From Patescibacteria group bacterium (GTDB lineage Bacteria; Patescibacteriota; Minisyncoccia; Phycocordibacterales; PALSA-1337): 64,000 bases of DNA. Below are positions 51,099 through 61,830 of the stretch, one piece after another. The stretch is taken from the NCBI GenBank assembly GCA_024654575.1, contig JANLHG010000005.1, positions 65,260 to 129,259 on the forward strand, in the 5' to 3' direction. The translations under genes were made by a program, and so were the position numbers. How positions within the stretch are numbered: position 1 is the stretch's first letter; every line of letters starts with the position of its first letter. The notes under the pieces were generated by a model. It worked only from the letters and a program-made list of their open reading frames with translations, was not told the origin of the DNA and did not search any database.

Positions 51099-51509
51099 TT
51101 ACGGCTTCACACGATGATTACCTGTTGCAGAAGTACCACACTGAGTAAGAATATTTGTATTATTTGTATTTTCAAGAGTGGCACTCATACAATAATCTTT
51201 CGTTCCATTTAGTACATATGAATAGACAACATGTGTAGAAGGGTCAGTGGGAATTGAAGAAATAAATATACCGAGATCTGTTCCCGTTCCACAACCTGTA
51301 GCTTCAGTAATATTGAGTGCATTAGGATATTGTTTACAAGCATCAAAATATGATTCAAGAGCAAGTTGAAGTTGAGCAACATCCGAAAGTCGTTTACCAT
51401 CTCTAGAATTTGCCCTAACACTATTTAAAGAAGTGAGTACAATAGCACTCAGAATACCAATGATGGCGATGACCACCAAAAGCTCAATAAGTGTAAAACC
51501 TTTTTTCAT
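51099..51509 (-). CDS. Type IV pilin / GspG-like
   Basis: KG|FTLIELLVVIAIIGIL; RD..R.SD....ALE.Y; P.DP. Confidence 0.9.
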   Translation of the reverse strand: MKKGFTLIELLVVIAIIGILSAIVLTSLNSVRANSRDGKRLSDVAQLQLALESYFDACKQYPNALNITEATGCGTGTDLGIFISSIPTDPSTHVVYSYVLNGTKDYCMSATLENTNNTNILTQCGTSATGNHRVKP

Positions 51510-51524
51510 ACTACAAGTATATCA

Positions 51525-51992
51525 TTAGTTACATTGTGTTGCACCAACAGTAGTGTGAGCAGCGGTAGCAGAACCAGTAAGAGCTGTGTAAGGAGTACCG
51601 TCTACTGTAGTTCCACGTGAAGTATTTTTATCATCTACACACCACGCCGTATTTCCGGGAGTGCCTTGAAGTGTTGCTGCTACAGAATATTCATTTTGGG
51701 AATCACCACAATCTATTTCTGTTGCTGTAGGATAAGATGATGTTTGAAGAAGTGAATAAAGACCTGAGTTGTCATCTGACGCAACGGCACATAAACCTGC
51801 ATAAGTATCATCTCTATCTACATAAACACTTGTTGCTGAACGAAGATTAGCAAGCTGACTTTTTACTTTTGCATCATTACCCTTTTTCCTACCTTGATTC
51901 AAAGCTCCAAGCACAATAGAAGCCAATATGCCTATGATAGCGATAACAACAAGAAGCTCGATGAGTGTGAATCCTTTATTTTTATTAATCAT
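51525..51992 (-). CDS. Type IV pilin
   Basis: KG|FTLIELLVVIAIIGIL; WCVD; C-terminal Cys. Confidence 0.9.
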   Translation of the reverse strand: MINKNKGFTLIELLVVIAIIGILASIVLGALNQGRKKGNDAKVKSQLANLRSATSVYVDRDDTYAGLCAVASDDNSGLYSLLQTSSYPTATEIDCGDSQNEYSVAATLQGTPGNTAWCVDDKNTSRGTTVDGTPYTALTGSATAAHTTVGATQCN

Positions 51993-52021
51993 ATTGATGA
52001 TATTAAAACTATAATTAATTA

Positions 52022-53587
52022 TTATAACGCATATACTACAAAATTACCATCTTCAAATATCATTTTTGTATCATATTTCTTAAGAAGATTGGACTGTTTT
52101 GATTCTATAAAATAATCAACATTATATTTTGTTCCAATCGACATCAATTTTTCAGCAGATAAACGTGAATTAGCAAAATCGTCTAAACGGTCCGGAATAC
52201 GAATATATTGTCCAGCGAAAAAACTCCACATTACATAATTTTTGGTATAGAAAGGAATGATACTCGATAATTCATAAGGAGCTGAAATTATAGTGTCAGG
52301 AGATATATTATTTTTTATCCAATTAAGTACAGGCACATATCTTTGACTTTTTTCAGCATATGGCAACCAATGTACATATGATGAATACTGAACAAGTATT
52401 CCATTAGCAATCCCTAATAATATTAGTAAATATAAAATATATTGATATCTTGTATTATGACTATTACTTAAAAATATCCACGAAAAATAAACAATCGCAA
52501 CAACAAAAATAGGACTAAAAAAATACCATTCGTAATGAGAATACTGCATAATCGCACCAGTAATAATATGTTGATTTCTCATAATAAAACACGACAAGAC
52601 AAGTATCGTAACAAAGTATGTACTAACCTTATTTTTTTTAATCTTCAAAAGAGATAAGGCAAAAATAACTATAAAAAGTCCAAATAAAATAATACCGATT
52701 AATGTAAAATCAGGAGTATGTGTTTTAATCAAATATTCTGTTGGAATGGTTGAATAATATGGATGATGAAACACTTTATATATCTCAATAATTACTGGCA
52801 CACCAATAATTAATCCTAATATCGTTGATACAATAGATTTAAATATACTGGAATATTCTTTGTGTAATAAAAATAATCCAATCAGTACTCCTTGTACTAA
52901 AGTAATAAAAGTATAAGTAAAAAAATAAATATAAAATGAAAACCCATAAACTAAAGCAAGTGTAATGAACCATTTCCACGTCTTTTTCATCATTGTGGAA
53001 AGTAAAACGTGAAGATATACAAAAAATATTAATGAACTAAACTGAGGATTCACAGGACGAGAAAATTGTAAAAATGAGGTCTCGTTAGTTTTCCATTTAA
53101 AAATATTACCGAAATCAATAAAACTTATTAAATCAACATCGTTGATAAGATTGTATCCCAATACAATAAATACTGAACCAAAAACCGACCAAGCAACACT
53201 ACTTGTTAAACGAAAAATAAGAGAATAAATAAGTAAAGAAAGTACAAAAGGTAAAAAAAACTCATAAAATACTTTCAGTGCAGGCACCGAAATATTTAAA
53301 ATAACCCCAGGAATTGCAAGAATGGTCTCAGAAATAGATGGATCAAAAAATGGGTATTTATTACCATATTCCTTAATATAAGGATTACAACTAACTATAC
53401 ACCCCTTATAAACAGCATTGATACGAGATAAATACAACGATTCTGCATCAGAGTATACCATTGGTAAACCTTTGTATGAAGTAGAATTAACAAAAAATAG
53501 ATTCGGACCAACAACAATTAATCCTGAGAACAAAGCAAAAATCACTCCAACCCAATGTCTCCTAAATAGACTAAATAAACTCCACAT
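52022..53587 (-). CDS. Polytopic membrane protein, GT-C glycosyltransferase-like
   Basis: About 12 TMs; acidic DAE..Y motif in the first external loop; soluble C-terminal domain; AT-rich. Confidence 0.55.
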   Translation of the reverse strand: MWSLFSLFRRHWVGVIFALFSGLIVVGPNLFFVNSTSYKGLPMVYSDAESLYLSRINAVYKGCIVSCNPYIKEYGNKYPFFDPSISETILAIPGVILNISVPALKVFYEFFLPFVLSLLIYSLIFRLTSSVAWSVFGSVFIVLGYNLINDVDLISFIDFGNIFKWKTNETSFLQFSRPVNPQFSSLIFFVYLHVLLSTMMKKTWKWFITLALVYGFSFYIYFFTYTFITLVQGVLIGLFLLHKEYSSIFKSIVSTILGLIIGVPVIIEIYKVFHHPYYSTIPTEYLIKTHTPDFTLIGIILFGLFIVIFALSLLKIKKNKVSTYFVTILVLSCFIMRNQHIITGAIMQYSHYEWYFFSPIFVVAIVYFSWIFLSNSHNTRYQYILYLLILLGIANGILVQYSSYVHWLPYAEKSQRYVPVLNWIKNNISPDTIISAPYELSSIIPFYTKNYVMWSFFAGQYIRIPDRLDDFANSRLSAEKLMSIGTKYNVDYFIESKQSNLLKKYDTKMIFEDGNFVVYAL

Positions 53588-53595
53588 TCAATAAA

Positions 53596-54045
53596 CTAGT
53601 TGGCTGGACAAACTGTAGCTCCTGCCACCATCGCGGTAGTAACTTTTTTAGATACTCCAGTACTATCCACACACCAATAAGCTGCAGTTCCTCCTAAAGT
53701 CGTTGGTAATTGAGCTTGTGCTGCCCAAACCAACGCACCACTACCAGCGGTATGGGTTGTAGTATTAGTATTAATACCAGTTAAAATTGCTTGAACATTT
53801 GCATCAGCAGAGGCCCATGTATTGTTTGTTGTAAATAAATTAGCGAAACTATTTGAATTATTACTTGCGTAAATCTCAGCTTGAGACCTTAAGCTTGAAA
53901 GTTCGCCTTGAACCGCTGCATCTCTTCCTTTATTTCTCGCAGTACTCAAAGAGGCAAGAACAATGGATGACAAAATACCAATAATAGCGATGACCACCAA
54001 CAGTTCAATAAGTGTAAAACCTGATTTTTTATTCTTTTTGTTCAT
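53596..54045 (-). CDS. Type IV pilin, probable major pilin
   Basis: SG|FTLIELLVVIAIIGIL; WCVDS..C; own upstream promoter directly after pilC. Confidence 0.9.
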   Translation of the reverse strand: MNKKNKKSGFTLIELLVVIAIIGILSSIVLASLSTARNKGRDAAVQGELSSLRSQAEIYASNNSNSFANLFTTNNTWASADANVQAILTGINTNTTTHTAGSGALVWAAQAQLPTTLGGTAAYWCVDSTGVSKKVTTAMVAGATVCPAN

Positions 54046-54114
54046 TTTAATAAATGATTAATAATTTAATAAAGTCATTATAACAAACATACAATAATAA
54101 ACACAAGTGGATAA

Positions 54115-55320
54115 TTATATCCCCGCGGATATATTGTAAATCGGTATAAGAACAGCAGCGAGTAGAAAACCAACACCCAATCCAAGCATAACTATCATCA
54201 CCGGTTCTATAAGGTCAACCAAAGTATCCACGGCATTATTGACTTCACGAGTGTAGAATTTAGCCAGTGTCTTCAAAATATTACCCAATTCTCCTGTTTC
54301 CTCACCAATTTTCATCATTTGAATCATAATACCTGGTATTTCATTATTTCTAGAAAGTGCTTCTGACACAGAACTTCCACCTTTCACTAGCTCAAGTGCA
54401 TTTTCCAGTATATTTTTATAAACTTGATTATCTATAACAGAAGATGTTAATTCAAGCACCCTAATCATTGGAATTCCAGAAAGAAGCATGGTATTCATAT
54501 TATCTGAAATGCGTGCCAAATAAAGTTTCTTATACAAAACACTAACAAACGGTATAGAAATTTTAAATCTATCAAGAGAAAGTCTACCAGCATCCGTTTG
54601 AATGAAACGCCAAAGAAAAAAACTTCCAATAACCACAATTGCTGCCAAAATAAGTCCGTAATTCACAAAAAAATCGCTAATACCAAGTATTACTTCCGTA
54701 TAAATAGGAATCGTCTGACCAGATTCTTTTAAAATTCCACTGATTTTAGGAATAACGAGAGTAAGCATCAAAACCATTACAGTAATAAAAGTAAAAACCA
54801 CGAATGCAGGATAAATAAGAGCATTTCTAGCCTTAGAAGATACCTCATAAGTTCTATCGAGATAATCGGCTAGATAAAGAAATGTCTCATCTAGTCGGCC
54901 AGATTCTTCACCTGATTTAACCATATTAATATAAAACTCAGAAAAAACTTTAGGGTGTTTTGCTAAAGCATTGGAAATAGAACTACCTCCTTGCAAATCA
55001 CTTGAGACTTCTTCAAGCGTTTTTCTTAAAAAGGCATTTTCTGTTTCAGCAGAAAGTAATCTAAAAACTCGCAAAGCAGAAACTTGAGCTTCAAACAGGG
55101 TTGCCATTTGTCTTGAAAGAATAACCACATCTTTGTTTGATACTCTATCAAAAAAAGAAAGATTTCTTTTAAAAATACCGCCCTCTTCATCACCTTTTAT
55201 AGAAGAAATAACAAAACCTCGTCGTTGAAGCGATGCGATAGCCACATCTAAATTTATAGCATCTATACTGCCTTGTTTTTCTCCGCCATCTTGGTCTATT
55301 GCTTTATAATTAAATAACAT
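54115..55320 (-). CDS. pilC: Type IV pilus platform protein
   Basis: Two T2SSF domains; GEESGRL, ALIYP, GEETG.L and EP motifs. Confidence 0.93.
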   Translation of the reverse strand: MLFNYKAIDQDGGEKQGSIDAINLDVAIASLQRRGFVISSIKGDEEGGIFKRNLSFFDRVSNKDVVILSRQMATLFEAQVSALRVFRLLSAETENAFLRKTLEEVSSDLQGGSSISNALAKHPKVFSEFYINMVKSGEESGRLDETFLYLADYLDRTYEVSSKARNALIYPAFVVFTFITVMVLMLTLVIPKISGILKESGQTIPIYTEVILGISDFFVNYGLILAAIVVIGSFFLWRFIQTDAGRLSLDRFKISIPFVSVLYKKLYLARISDNMNTMLLSGIPMIRVLELTSSVIDNQVYKNILENALELVKGGSSVSEALSRNNEIPGIMIQMMKIGEETGELGNILKTLAKFYTREVNNAVDTLVDLIEPVMIVMLGLGVGFLLAAVLIPIYNISAGI

Positions 55321-55324
55321 AATT

Positions 55325-56386
55325 TTATATCAATTTTTCCAATGTTTTTGGATTAAGCGAATTAAGATAGGCATTTTCAATAGTAATTTCTCCAGCTCTT
55401 ACTAAATCAGCTAATGAACGGTTCATATCTATCATTCCCTCTCCTGAACTTGTTTCTATCACATTACTAACCTCATAAATCCTTTTTTCTCTAATTAAAT
55501 TAGATACTGCATTATTATTTATCAAAAGCTCATAAGCAGGAACAAGACCACCAGATACTCTCGAAATAAGTCTTTGAGAAAAAATTCCCGAAAGTGAACC
55601 AGCAAGCTGTACTCTAATCTGGTCTTGTTGTTCTGGAGGAAAAGAATCAATGATACGATTAATGGTTTGAGCTGCATTGTTGGTATGAAGTGTTGAAAAA
55701 ACTAAATGTCCAGTTTCAGCAGCGGTAACTGCTGTAGCAATAGTATCTATGCCTCTCATTTCACCAATCATCACCACATCAATATCTTCTCTAAACATAC
55801 TTATTAAAGCAGTATGAAAATCTTTCGTATCAATTCTAACTTCTCGTTGGTCAATAATTGATTTTTTAGGTTCATATTGATATTCAATTGGGTCTTCAAT
55901 AGTGAGAATATGTTCCGGACGAGACATATTTATCATTTCTACCATAGAAGCTAGAGTAGTAGTTTTTCCCTGACCAACCGGACCAACTACTAGAAAAAAT
56001 CCTTGCTGTTTTCTGGTAAACATTTCAAGTGAGCTTGGAAGATTAAGCTCAGCTAACGTTTTTATTTTTCTTGGAATAAGACGAAGAGCAATACTGATAC
56101 CTCCCTGTTGAAAATAACCATTACCTCTAAATCTTGCTTTATCTCCATATGCGTAAGAAAAATCGATTTCTTTTGTAGCCAAAAAACGTTCTAAATTTTC
56201 AGAAGTCAAAAGTTCTTTTAAATATCCACGAACATCATCTTTAGAAACCGCTTGTTTTTTTATTAGTGGAGTTAGAAAACCAGATACACGAATTGAAGGT
56301 GAACGTCCCTCCGATATGTGTAAATCGGAAGCCCCTTCTTTTATAACCGTATTAATAAGATCTTCTAGTTCTTTTTTATAATCCAT
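55325..56386 (-). CDS. pilT: Pilus retraction ATPase
   Basis: ASDLH, GPVGQGKTT, TIEDPIE, AAETGHLVFSTLH and NLIRE motifs. Confidence 0.93.
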   Translation of the reverse strand: MDYKKELEDLINTVIKEGASDLHISEGRSPSIRVSGFLTPLIKKQAVSKDDVRGYLKELLTSENLERFLATKEIDFSYAYGDKARFRGNGYFQQGGISIALRLIPRKIKTLAELNLPSSLEMFTRKQQGFFLVVGPVGQGKTTTLASMVEMINMSRPEHILTIEDPIEYQYEPKKSIIDQREVRIDTKDFHTALISMFREDIDVVMIGEMRGIDTIATAVTAAETGHLVFSTLHTNNAAQTINRIIDSFPPEQQDQIRVQLAGSLSGIFSQRLISRVSGGLVPAYELLINNNAVSNLIREKRIYEVSNVIETSSGEGMIDMNRSLADLVRAGEITIENAYLNSLNPKTLEKLI

Positions 56387-56765
56387 GTTTTTTTATAATA
56401 TTCATAACTTCAGAAACTACTTCCGAAGGAATGGTTGTGGCTTTGACAATATATCCATCAGCTCCGAGCGTTTTCGCTCTTTCAATATCAGCAGACTGAT
56501 TTTGATTTGTAAGCATTATTATTATTGATTTACTTGCTAATTTTTCTTTTCTTATTGTTTCTAAAAGTTGTAAACCATCCATATTAGGCATTACAATATC
56601 AATCATTAACACATTCGGAGTTGCTCCATCTCGAAGAAGTTTAAGAGCATGTAAAGAATTACCAATAGCTTCAACGTTTAATCCAATTTTAGAAAACTTG
56701 ATTGAATACATATTAAGAAGCATTTTGTCATCATCAATAATTAGTATTGAATATTTATTTTCCAT
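56376..56765 (-). CDS. Single-domain response regulator within the pilus operon
   Basis: ILIIDDD, DIVMP.MDG, LTN and K motifs. Confidence 0.92.
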   Translation of the reverse strand: MENKYSILIIDDDKMLLNMYSIKFSKIGLNVEAIGNSLHALKLLRDGATPNVLMIDIVMPNMDGLQLLETIRKEKLASKSIIIMLTNQNQSADIERAKTLGADGYIVKATTIPSEVVSEVMNIIKKHGL

Positions 56766-56777
56766 AAGATTATTATA

Positions 56778-58505
56778 CTATAGTTTATTCACTTCTTCAA
56801 AAGGTATTTCTTTATTCAAAGCTTTCAAAATAGCATCCTCTTTTAGAGTAAACATTCCCTTATTACGTAATAAACGTGTGATTTCAACTTCTGTTGGTTT
56901 ATTTAAAATAATATTCTCTAATTCTTTATCCATTTTAAAAGCTTCAAACACTGCCGTCCTACCACTTGTACCACTAGGAAATTCTTTTGTTGGTGATATT
57001 CCGTAAACACTTTTTGCTTGAGGAATTTCTTTTCTATAAGATTCTGGTAGATCGGCAAATTGTTTTTCCAACATAACTTTAATACTACCTTCAACAGGAA
57101 ATTCTACCCCAGAACCTGGACTTAATAATTTCACCAATCTTTGAGCCATTGCTAATATTAAAGTCGGTGCTATTAAGAAAGGGTCAACTCCCATATCTAT
57201 TAAACGAGGAATAACACCAACTGCATTATTTGTGTGCAAAGTGGAAAAAACAAGGTGACCTGTAAGTGCAGCTTGGACAGCTAGTTGGGCTGTTTCTTTA
57301 TCTCTAATTTCACCAACCATAATAACATCAGGGTCTTGACGTAACGTGGTGCGAAGACCCGTAGCAAATGTATAGCCAATTTCTGGTTTAACTTGTGACT
57401 GACTAATACCTTCAATATTATATTCAATCGGGTCTTCAAGAGAAAGAATGTTATTAGTTTCTTTATCAAGTTCGTTAAGCATAGAATACAGTGTAGTAGT
57501 TTTTCCGCTTCCAGTCGGACCAGTTATAAGAATTAGTCCATAAGGTCTACTTAGCGCCTCTCTTATGAGTGACAGATTTTTAGGAGTAAGTCCCATCTGA
57601 TCAAGTTTTTTAACTCCTTTTTCTTGATCAAGAATACGCATTTCTACTTTTTCTCCAAAATACGCTGGAAATGTTGAAACACGAAAATCAATTTTTCTTC
57701 CATCTATTCGAGCTGAAAAACGTCCGTCTTGCGGTTTACGTTTTTCATCAAGTTTCATATTGGAAAGAATTTTAATACGAGTCACAACCGCACTATGAAC
57801 TTTCATCGGCAATATCAAACTCGTATTAAGCACACCGTCCACTCGAAAACGCACTCTTATTTTATCTCTCATTGCTTCAATGTGGACGTCTGAAGCATTT
57901 CCTTCTGTAGCATAACGCAATATGGTAGCCACAATTTTAGTTACTGGAGCATCTTCAATAATACGCATTCCTTTAAGAGAAGAAGTGGAAACATCATCAC
58001 CTTTGTCGCTAGTTGAAATATTAATTTCTTCTGCAGAAAGCTCACTTTCCAATTCGGACAAAGCTTTTGTCACTTCTCCAGAAAGACCTTTATATGTTTC
58101 AAGTACTTTTTCGTAATCTTCCTCGGATATGATAAATATTTTATAAGTCAGGTCTAATTTTGAAGTGATAAAATTAAGAGCATCACGAGCTTCAATATTA
58201 TCTGGATCTACAAATCCCATTTCAAGAACCTTATCTTTTAAACCTATAGGCACAAATTTATAATGATTTGCCGATTCTTCAGAAATATATTCAAGAATAC
58301 TAAAAGGAATACTTTGATCACCTATGACACGAGTCGGAATATTTAAATATTCTCCTTTTGCCGAAAGAATATCTTCCGAAGATACCCCCTGTTCAATCAA
58401 AGCTTTATCTAAAGATATACCAGAATCAGATGCCTGTTTTTTAATAGAAGGAATATCTCCCTCTTTTATAATTTTTTTTTGAGAAAGTATTTCCAGAATA
58501 CTCAT
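56778..58505 (-). CDS. pilB: Pilus assembly ATPase PilB/GspE
   Basis: ASDVHIE, PQDGR, GPTGSGKTT, LRQDPD and GHLVFSTLH motifs. Confidence 0.95.
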   Translation of the reverse strand: MSILEILSQKKIIKEGDIPSIKKQASDSGISLDKALIEQGVSSEDILSAKGEYLNIPTRVIGDQSIPFSILEYISEESANHYKFVPIGLKDKVLEMGFVDPDNIEARDALNFITSKLDLTYKIFIISEEDYEKVLETYKGLSGEVTKALSELESELSAEEINISTSDKGDDVSTSSLKGMRIIEDAPVTKIVATILRYATEGNASDVHIEAMRDKIRVRFRVDGVLNTSLILPMKVHSAVVTRIKILSNMKLDEKRKPQDGRFSARIDGRKIDFRVSTFPAYFGEKVEMRILDQEKGVKKLDQMGLTPKNLSLIREALSRPYGLILITGPTGSGKTTTLYSMLNELDKETNNILSLEDPIEYNIEGISQSQVKPEIGYTFATGLRTTLRQDPDVIMVGEIRDKETAQLAVQAALTGHLVFSTLHTNNAVGVIPRLIDMGVDPFLIAPTLILAMAQRLVKLLSPGSGVEFPVEGSIKVMLEKQFADLPESYRKEIPQAKSVYGISPTKEFPSGTSGRTAVFEAFKMDKELENIILNKPTEVEITRLLRNKGMFTLKEDAILKALNKEIPFEEVNKL

Positions 58506-58804
58506 AGAGGAGAAAATGGATTATCTCTACCTACCGCCTGAGGTACTATTGTAACAGAGAAATCGTTTAGACTATTGAAGACAGAATCTTTAAGTAGAGA
58601 ATCATCTAAGGTTATAGCATTCAAACGATTAAGAGCCATAAGTAAATCTTTACCCACAATTTGATCATTTTGAGTCTCTTCCACTTGCAATAATATGTCA
58701 CTATTATTGCCACTTGAAGATACATAAAAATACCCTATTAATCCTAATATAAGAACCAAAATAACTACTGATAATATTGTTTTATTTTTTGAAATTTGTT
58801 GCAT
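58502..58804 (-). CDS. Small pilus assembly membrane protein (PilP position)
   Basis: One TM; C-terminal GRDNPF; operon position. Confidence 0.6.
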   Translation of the reverse strand: MQQISKNKTILSVVILVLILGLIGYFYVSSSGNNSDILLQVEETQNDQIVGKDLLMALNRLNAITLDDSLLKDSVFNSLNDFSVTIVPQAVGRDNPFSPL

Positions 58805-58805
58805 A

Positions 58806-59333
58806 TTATTGTAACCAATATGTTCTAATACTAATTGTATATTCGTACGGCTCTTTATCTCCTGCTTTAAATGAAATAGAGATCACATCAAGTAATCGTA
58901 AACTTCTCTCTAAGTCCCCAAGAATATTTAAAAAATTATCATATGAAGCATTTAAAGCAAAACTTAAAATCATAGTTTTATATCCTGAATCACTTCTTTC
59001 TGTATCAATACTTGGAGTACTCAATTTAACATTTTTTATACTTGAACCATATTTTGATGTAATACTATTTATATCAATAATTAATCTAACATTATCTATA
59101 TTATCTGGAAGTAGTTTTTCTAAACGATTTAAATCTTCAGGTCTAAAACTGTTATATTTATCAAGTAAACCATCTCTAACTTCCAAAAGCTGATTAGATT
59201 GTTCTATAGCTTTATTATACTCAGCATTTGTAGCTTGTAATTCTTTAACTTTTTGCCATTGTGGGTCAACATAAAAGAAGAACATACCAACAGCTAGAAG
59301 TATTAAAATAATTGGACTTAAAAATTTGTTCAT
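58806..59333 (-). CDS. pilO: PilO-like protein
   Basis: TM, coiled coil, LLP, Y..F...L..LE.SLRL motif. Confidence 0.78.
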   Translation of the reverse strand: MNKFLSPIILILLAVGMFFFYVDPQWQKVKELQATNAEYNKAIEQSNQLLEVRDGLLDKYNSFRPEDLNRLEKLLPDNIDNVRLIIDINSITSKYGSSIKNVKLSTPSIDTERSDSGYKTMILSFALNASYDNFLNILGDLERSLRLLDVISISFKAGDKEPYEYTISIRTYWLQ

Positions 59334-59977
59334 TGTGGTGTTGATGACGAGACATTAACTTCTATAACTGTAGGATTTACTACTGGCTCAGAAATGCTAC
59401 TATTTTTATAAAGCACCAAACTTGGGTCAATCGACGCACTAAAATCAAAACTCACATTTCCATTTTGCCCGACCACCAAATTTGAAATTATTGGATTTTT
59501 AAATAATTTACTCTTTCCAAATGCATCTGATTGCAAAGCGATACTACTAAAACTTTCTCCTTCTCCTTTCATAGTTACATTAACCTTATCATTACTGATG
59601 AGTGTATATTCAAAATCTTGAAAACGTACTGTCTTCAAAGTCATAGATTCTAATACTCCAAAAAAAGGTGAAACTGCTATGTGACTTCCCAACAGAGTTT
59701 TTCCCGTTTTAAATCTCGTATCTAGATTCGTAAGTGTATCTATAAGCGATGGGTCAAAAGCCTGCCGAGCTTTCTCAAGTGTTTGTTCACTCTGCGTAAT
59801 ACTTCTGTTTAAAAATTGCGTAGCTATAAAAACATACAACACCCCAGCGATAACCACTAAAAAAATAATTGACCCGATAAGAAAGAAAAAATTTATACTC
59901 CTATGATGAGTTTCTGGTCTGCCAGTTGGCACGAGAGGTTTTTTAGGAATAAATGATGATTGGAATTTTGTATCCAT
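59330..59977 (-). CDS. PilN-like protein
   Basis: SFIPK then TM and coiled coil; located between pilM and pilO. Confidence 0.7.
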   Translation of the reverse strand: MDTKFQSSFIPKKPLVPTGRPETHHRSINFFFLIGSIIFLVVIAGVLYVFIATQFLNRSITQSEQTLEKARQAFDPSLIDTLTNLDTRFKTGKTLLGSHIAVSPFFGVLESMTLKTVRFQDFEYTLISNDKVNVTMKGEGESFSSIALQSDAFGKSKLFKNPIISNLVVGQNGNVSFDFSASIDPSLVLYKNSSISEPVVNPTVIEVNVSSSTPQ

Positions 59978-60018
59978 TTACTCTATTATAGTACCAATTA
60001 GCAAATTTCGTCTGTGGA

Positions 60019-61137
60019 TTACTCCAACTCACTCAACTTCCTCAAGGCAATTCCGAGGGCGACAGCAAATTCTGGACCAGCATTATTTAAAACTTCATCT
60101 AAAAACGCTGGAGTTTGAACTTTACTAAATGGATCAGCCAATACAACTTCCGTTTGAAAACTTTTTCTAGCCATCTCATCAAAACCATTCAATAACACTC
60201 CTCCGCCAGTCAAAACAACTTTGCTAATATCTTTATTATTCTTCTTTTGATAATTAAGCAAAACACGATTAGCTTCATAAAAAATATAATCGAGAGTAAG
60301 GGTGATTGTTTCATTCAATTGTTTATCCTCAGGTTTTGCGGAAAGTCCAATTGTCCTTTTTAAATTTTCTGCATCATTTACTTCCTTACTTAAAGAACGA
60401 GAAATAGCTAAAGTAATATCTTGTGAACCACGATTAATTGTGTGAGAACTTTGTAAAACACCTCGTTCTACTATGTATAATTTCGTTGTTCCTGCTCCCA
60501 TATCAAGTACCATAACTGATTCAATTCCTTGCTCAAGCGAAGAACGAATAGTGCTAAATATTTCAATTTCAAAAAAAGATGAATCCAAAGAAGCTTTAGC
60601 TGTAATATCTCGATACTTTGCGATTGCTTCATTGTGAATAGCGACTACCATAACATCAACATCTTTTTTTTCTGAACTAGAACTTTGCTCCATTCCCGTT
60701 TCAACAGGTACCGATTTGTCCTCTTTTGGAATTATCCACCAATCAAGCAAAACTTCACTAATAGGCACTGGAATATATTTTCTAGCTTCTATAGGAATCA
60801 TTTGTACAAGTTGTTTATTATCCAATGCTGGCATTTTTATAAACGTCACCAAACTAGAAGAAAGGGGAACAGCGATACCACATTTTTTTGTCGTCACGTG
60901 AGATTCTTTTACTAAATCAATAAGTCCTTCAATTATTTTTTCTGTTGGTAAATTAGTTGCTCTACCTATTTCCACTCCTCCATAAGGTCCTAAAGATAAT
61001 TCTCCATACGTTTCAAGTACAGCTCTTCCTTTTTTCTTCTTAATTTGAACAACTTTTATTGAAGACGAGCCGATATCTATACCAAGCACACTAGTATCGC
61101 TTCTTTTAAAAATTTTAAATATGTCTGAAAAAGGCAT
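60019..61137 (-). CDS. pilM: Type IV pilus assembly protein PilM
   Basis: GIDIGSSSIKVV, EARKYIP, DMGAGTT, LTGGG and VALGIALR motifs. Confidence 0.95.
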   Translation of the reverse strand: MPFSDIFKIFKRSDTSVLGIDIGSSSIKVVQIKKKKGRAVLETYGELSLGPYGGVEIGRATNLPTEKIIEGLIDLVKESHVTTKKCGIAVPLSSSLVTFIKMPALDNKQLVQMIPIEARKYIPVPISEVLLDWWIIPKEDKSVPVETGMEQSSSSEKKDVDVMVVAIHNEAIAKYRDITAKASLDSSFFEIEIFSTIRSSLEQGIESVMVLDMGAGTTKLYIVERGVLQSSHTINRGSQDITLAISRSLSKEVNDAENLKRTIGLSAKPEDKQLNETITLTLDYIFYEANRVLLNYQKKNNKDISKVVLTGGGVLLNGFDEMARKSFQTEVVLADPFSKVQTPAFLDEVLNNAGPEFAVALGIALRKLSELE

Positions 61138-61174
61138 AATAATTATGGAACTAGTATAACATAATTAAGATGTT

Positions 61175-61822
61175 ATGCTTATCATCATGAACTTAAAAAA
61201 TTTCTTTGCAAAATTGCTAGATATAGTTTTTCCTCACTCACAATCTCTTATAAATCTAGAGAATATGAGTGAGGAAGAATTGCATAAATCAGTATCTAAA
61301 CCTAGAACTATTAGTCAAGAATTAAATATAATAGCTATTTTTGACTACCAAAACAAAATTATGAAAAATATGATTTGGCAATTAAAATATCGTCAAAATA
61401 TAAAAATCGCAAAACTTTTAGCTCATTGTTTATATCAAACACTTTTAATTGAAATAAAAGAGAAGTCAATTATTATACCTATGCCGTTGTCAAAAGAAAG
61501 ATTGCGAGAAAGACAATATAATCAAATGGAACTTCTCATAAATGAACTAGAAAAAATTGATATAAACAAAATATTTGAATACTCAAATTCAATTTTATAT
61601 AAAATAAAAAACACTCCTCATCAAACCTCTGTCAAAAGTCGAGAAGAAAGAATGAAAAATTTACGTGATTGTTTTAGTATAAAAGATAGTGAAAAAATAA
61701 AAGATAGAAATATAATTTTAATAGATGATGTAACTACTACCGGCACTACTTTATCACAAGCTCGTCGCGTTTTCCTACACTCCAGTGCTAAAAAAGTTTT
61801 TTGTGTAGCTCTAGCACATTAG
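61175..61822 (+). CDS. comF: ComF family phosphoribosyltransferase-like competence protein
   Basis: LLDIVFP, PMPLS..R..ER.YNQ and LIDDVTTTG.T motifs. Confidence 0.88.
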   Translation: MLIIMNLKNFFAKLLDIVFPHSQSLINLENMSEEELHKSVSKPRTISQELNIIAIFDYQNKIMKNMIWQLKYRQNIKIAKLLAHCLYQTLLIEIKEKSIIIPMPLSKERLRERQYNQMELLINELEKIDINKIFEYSNSILYKIKNTPHQTSVKSREERMKNLRDCFSIKDSEKIKDRNIILIDDVTTTGTTLSQARRVFLHSSAKKVFCVALAH

Positions 61823-61830
61823 TGGTAAAT

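Noticed and set aside
51609-51624. parS-like sequence agttccacgtgaagta
   Set aside because: Only 13/16 match to TGTTCCACGTGAAACA, broken symmetry, single copy, inside a pilin CDS
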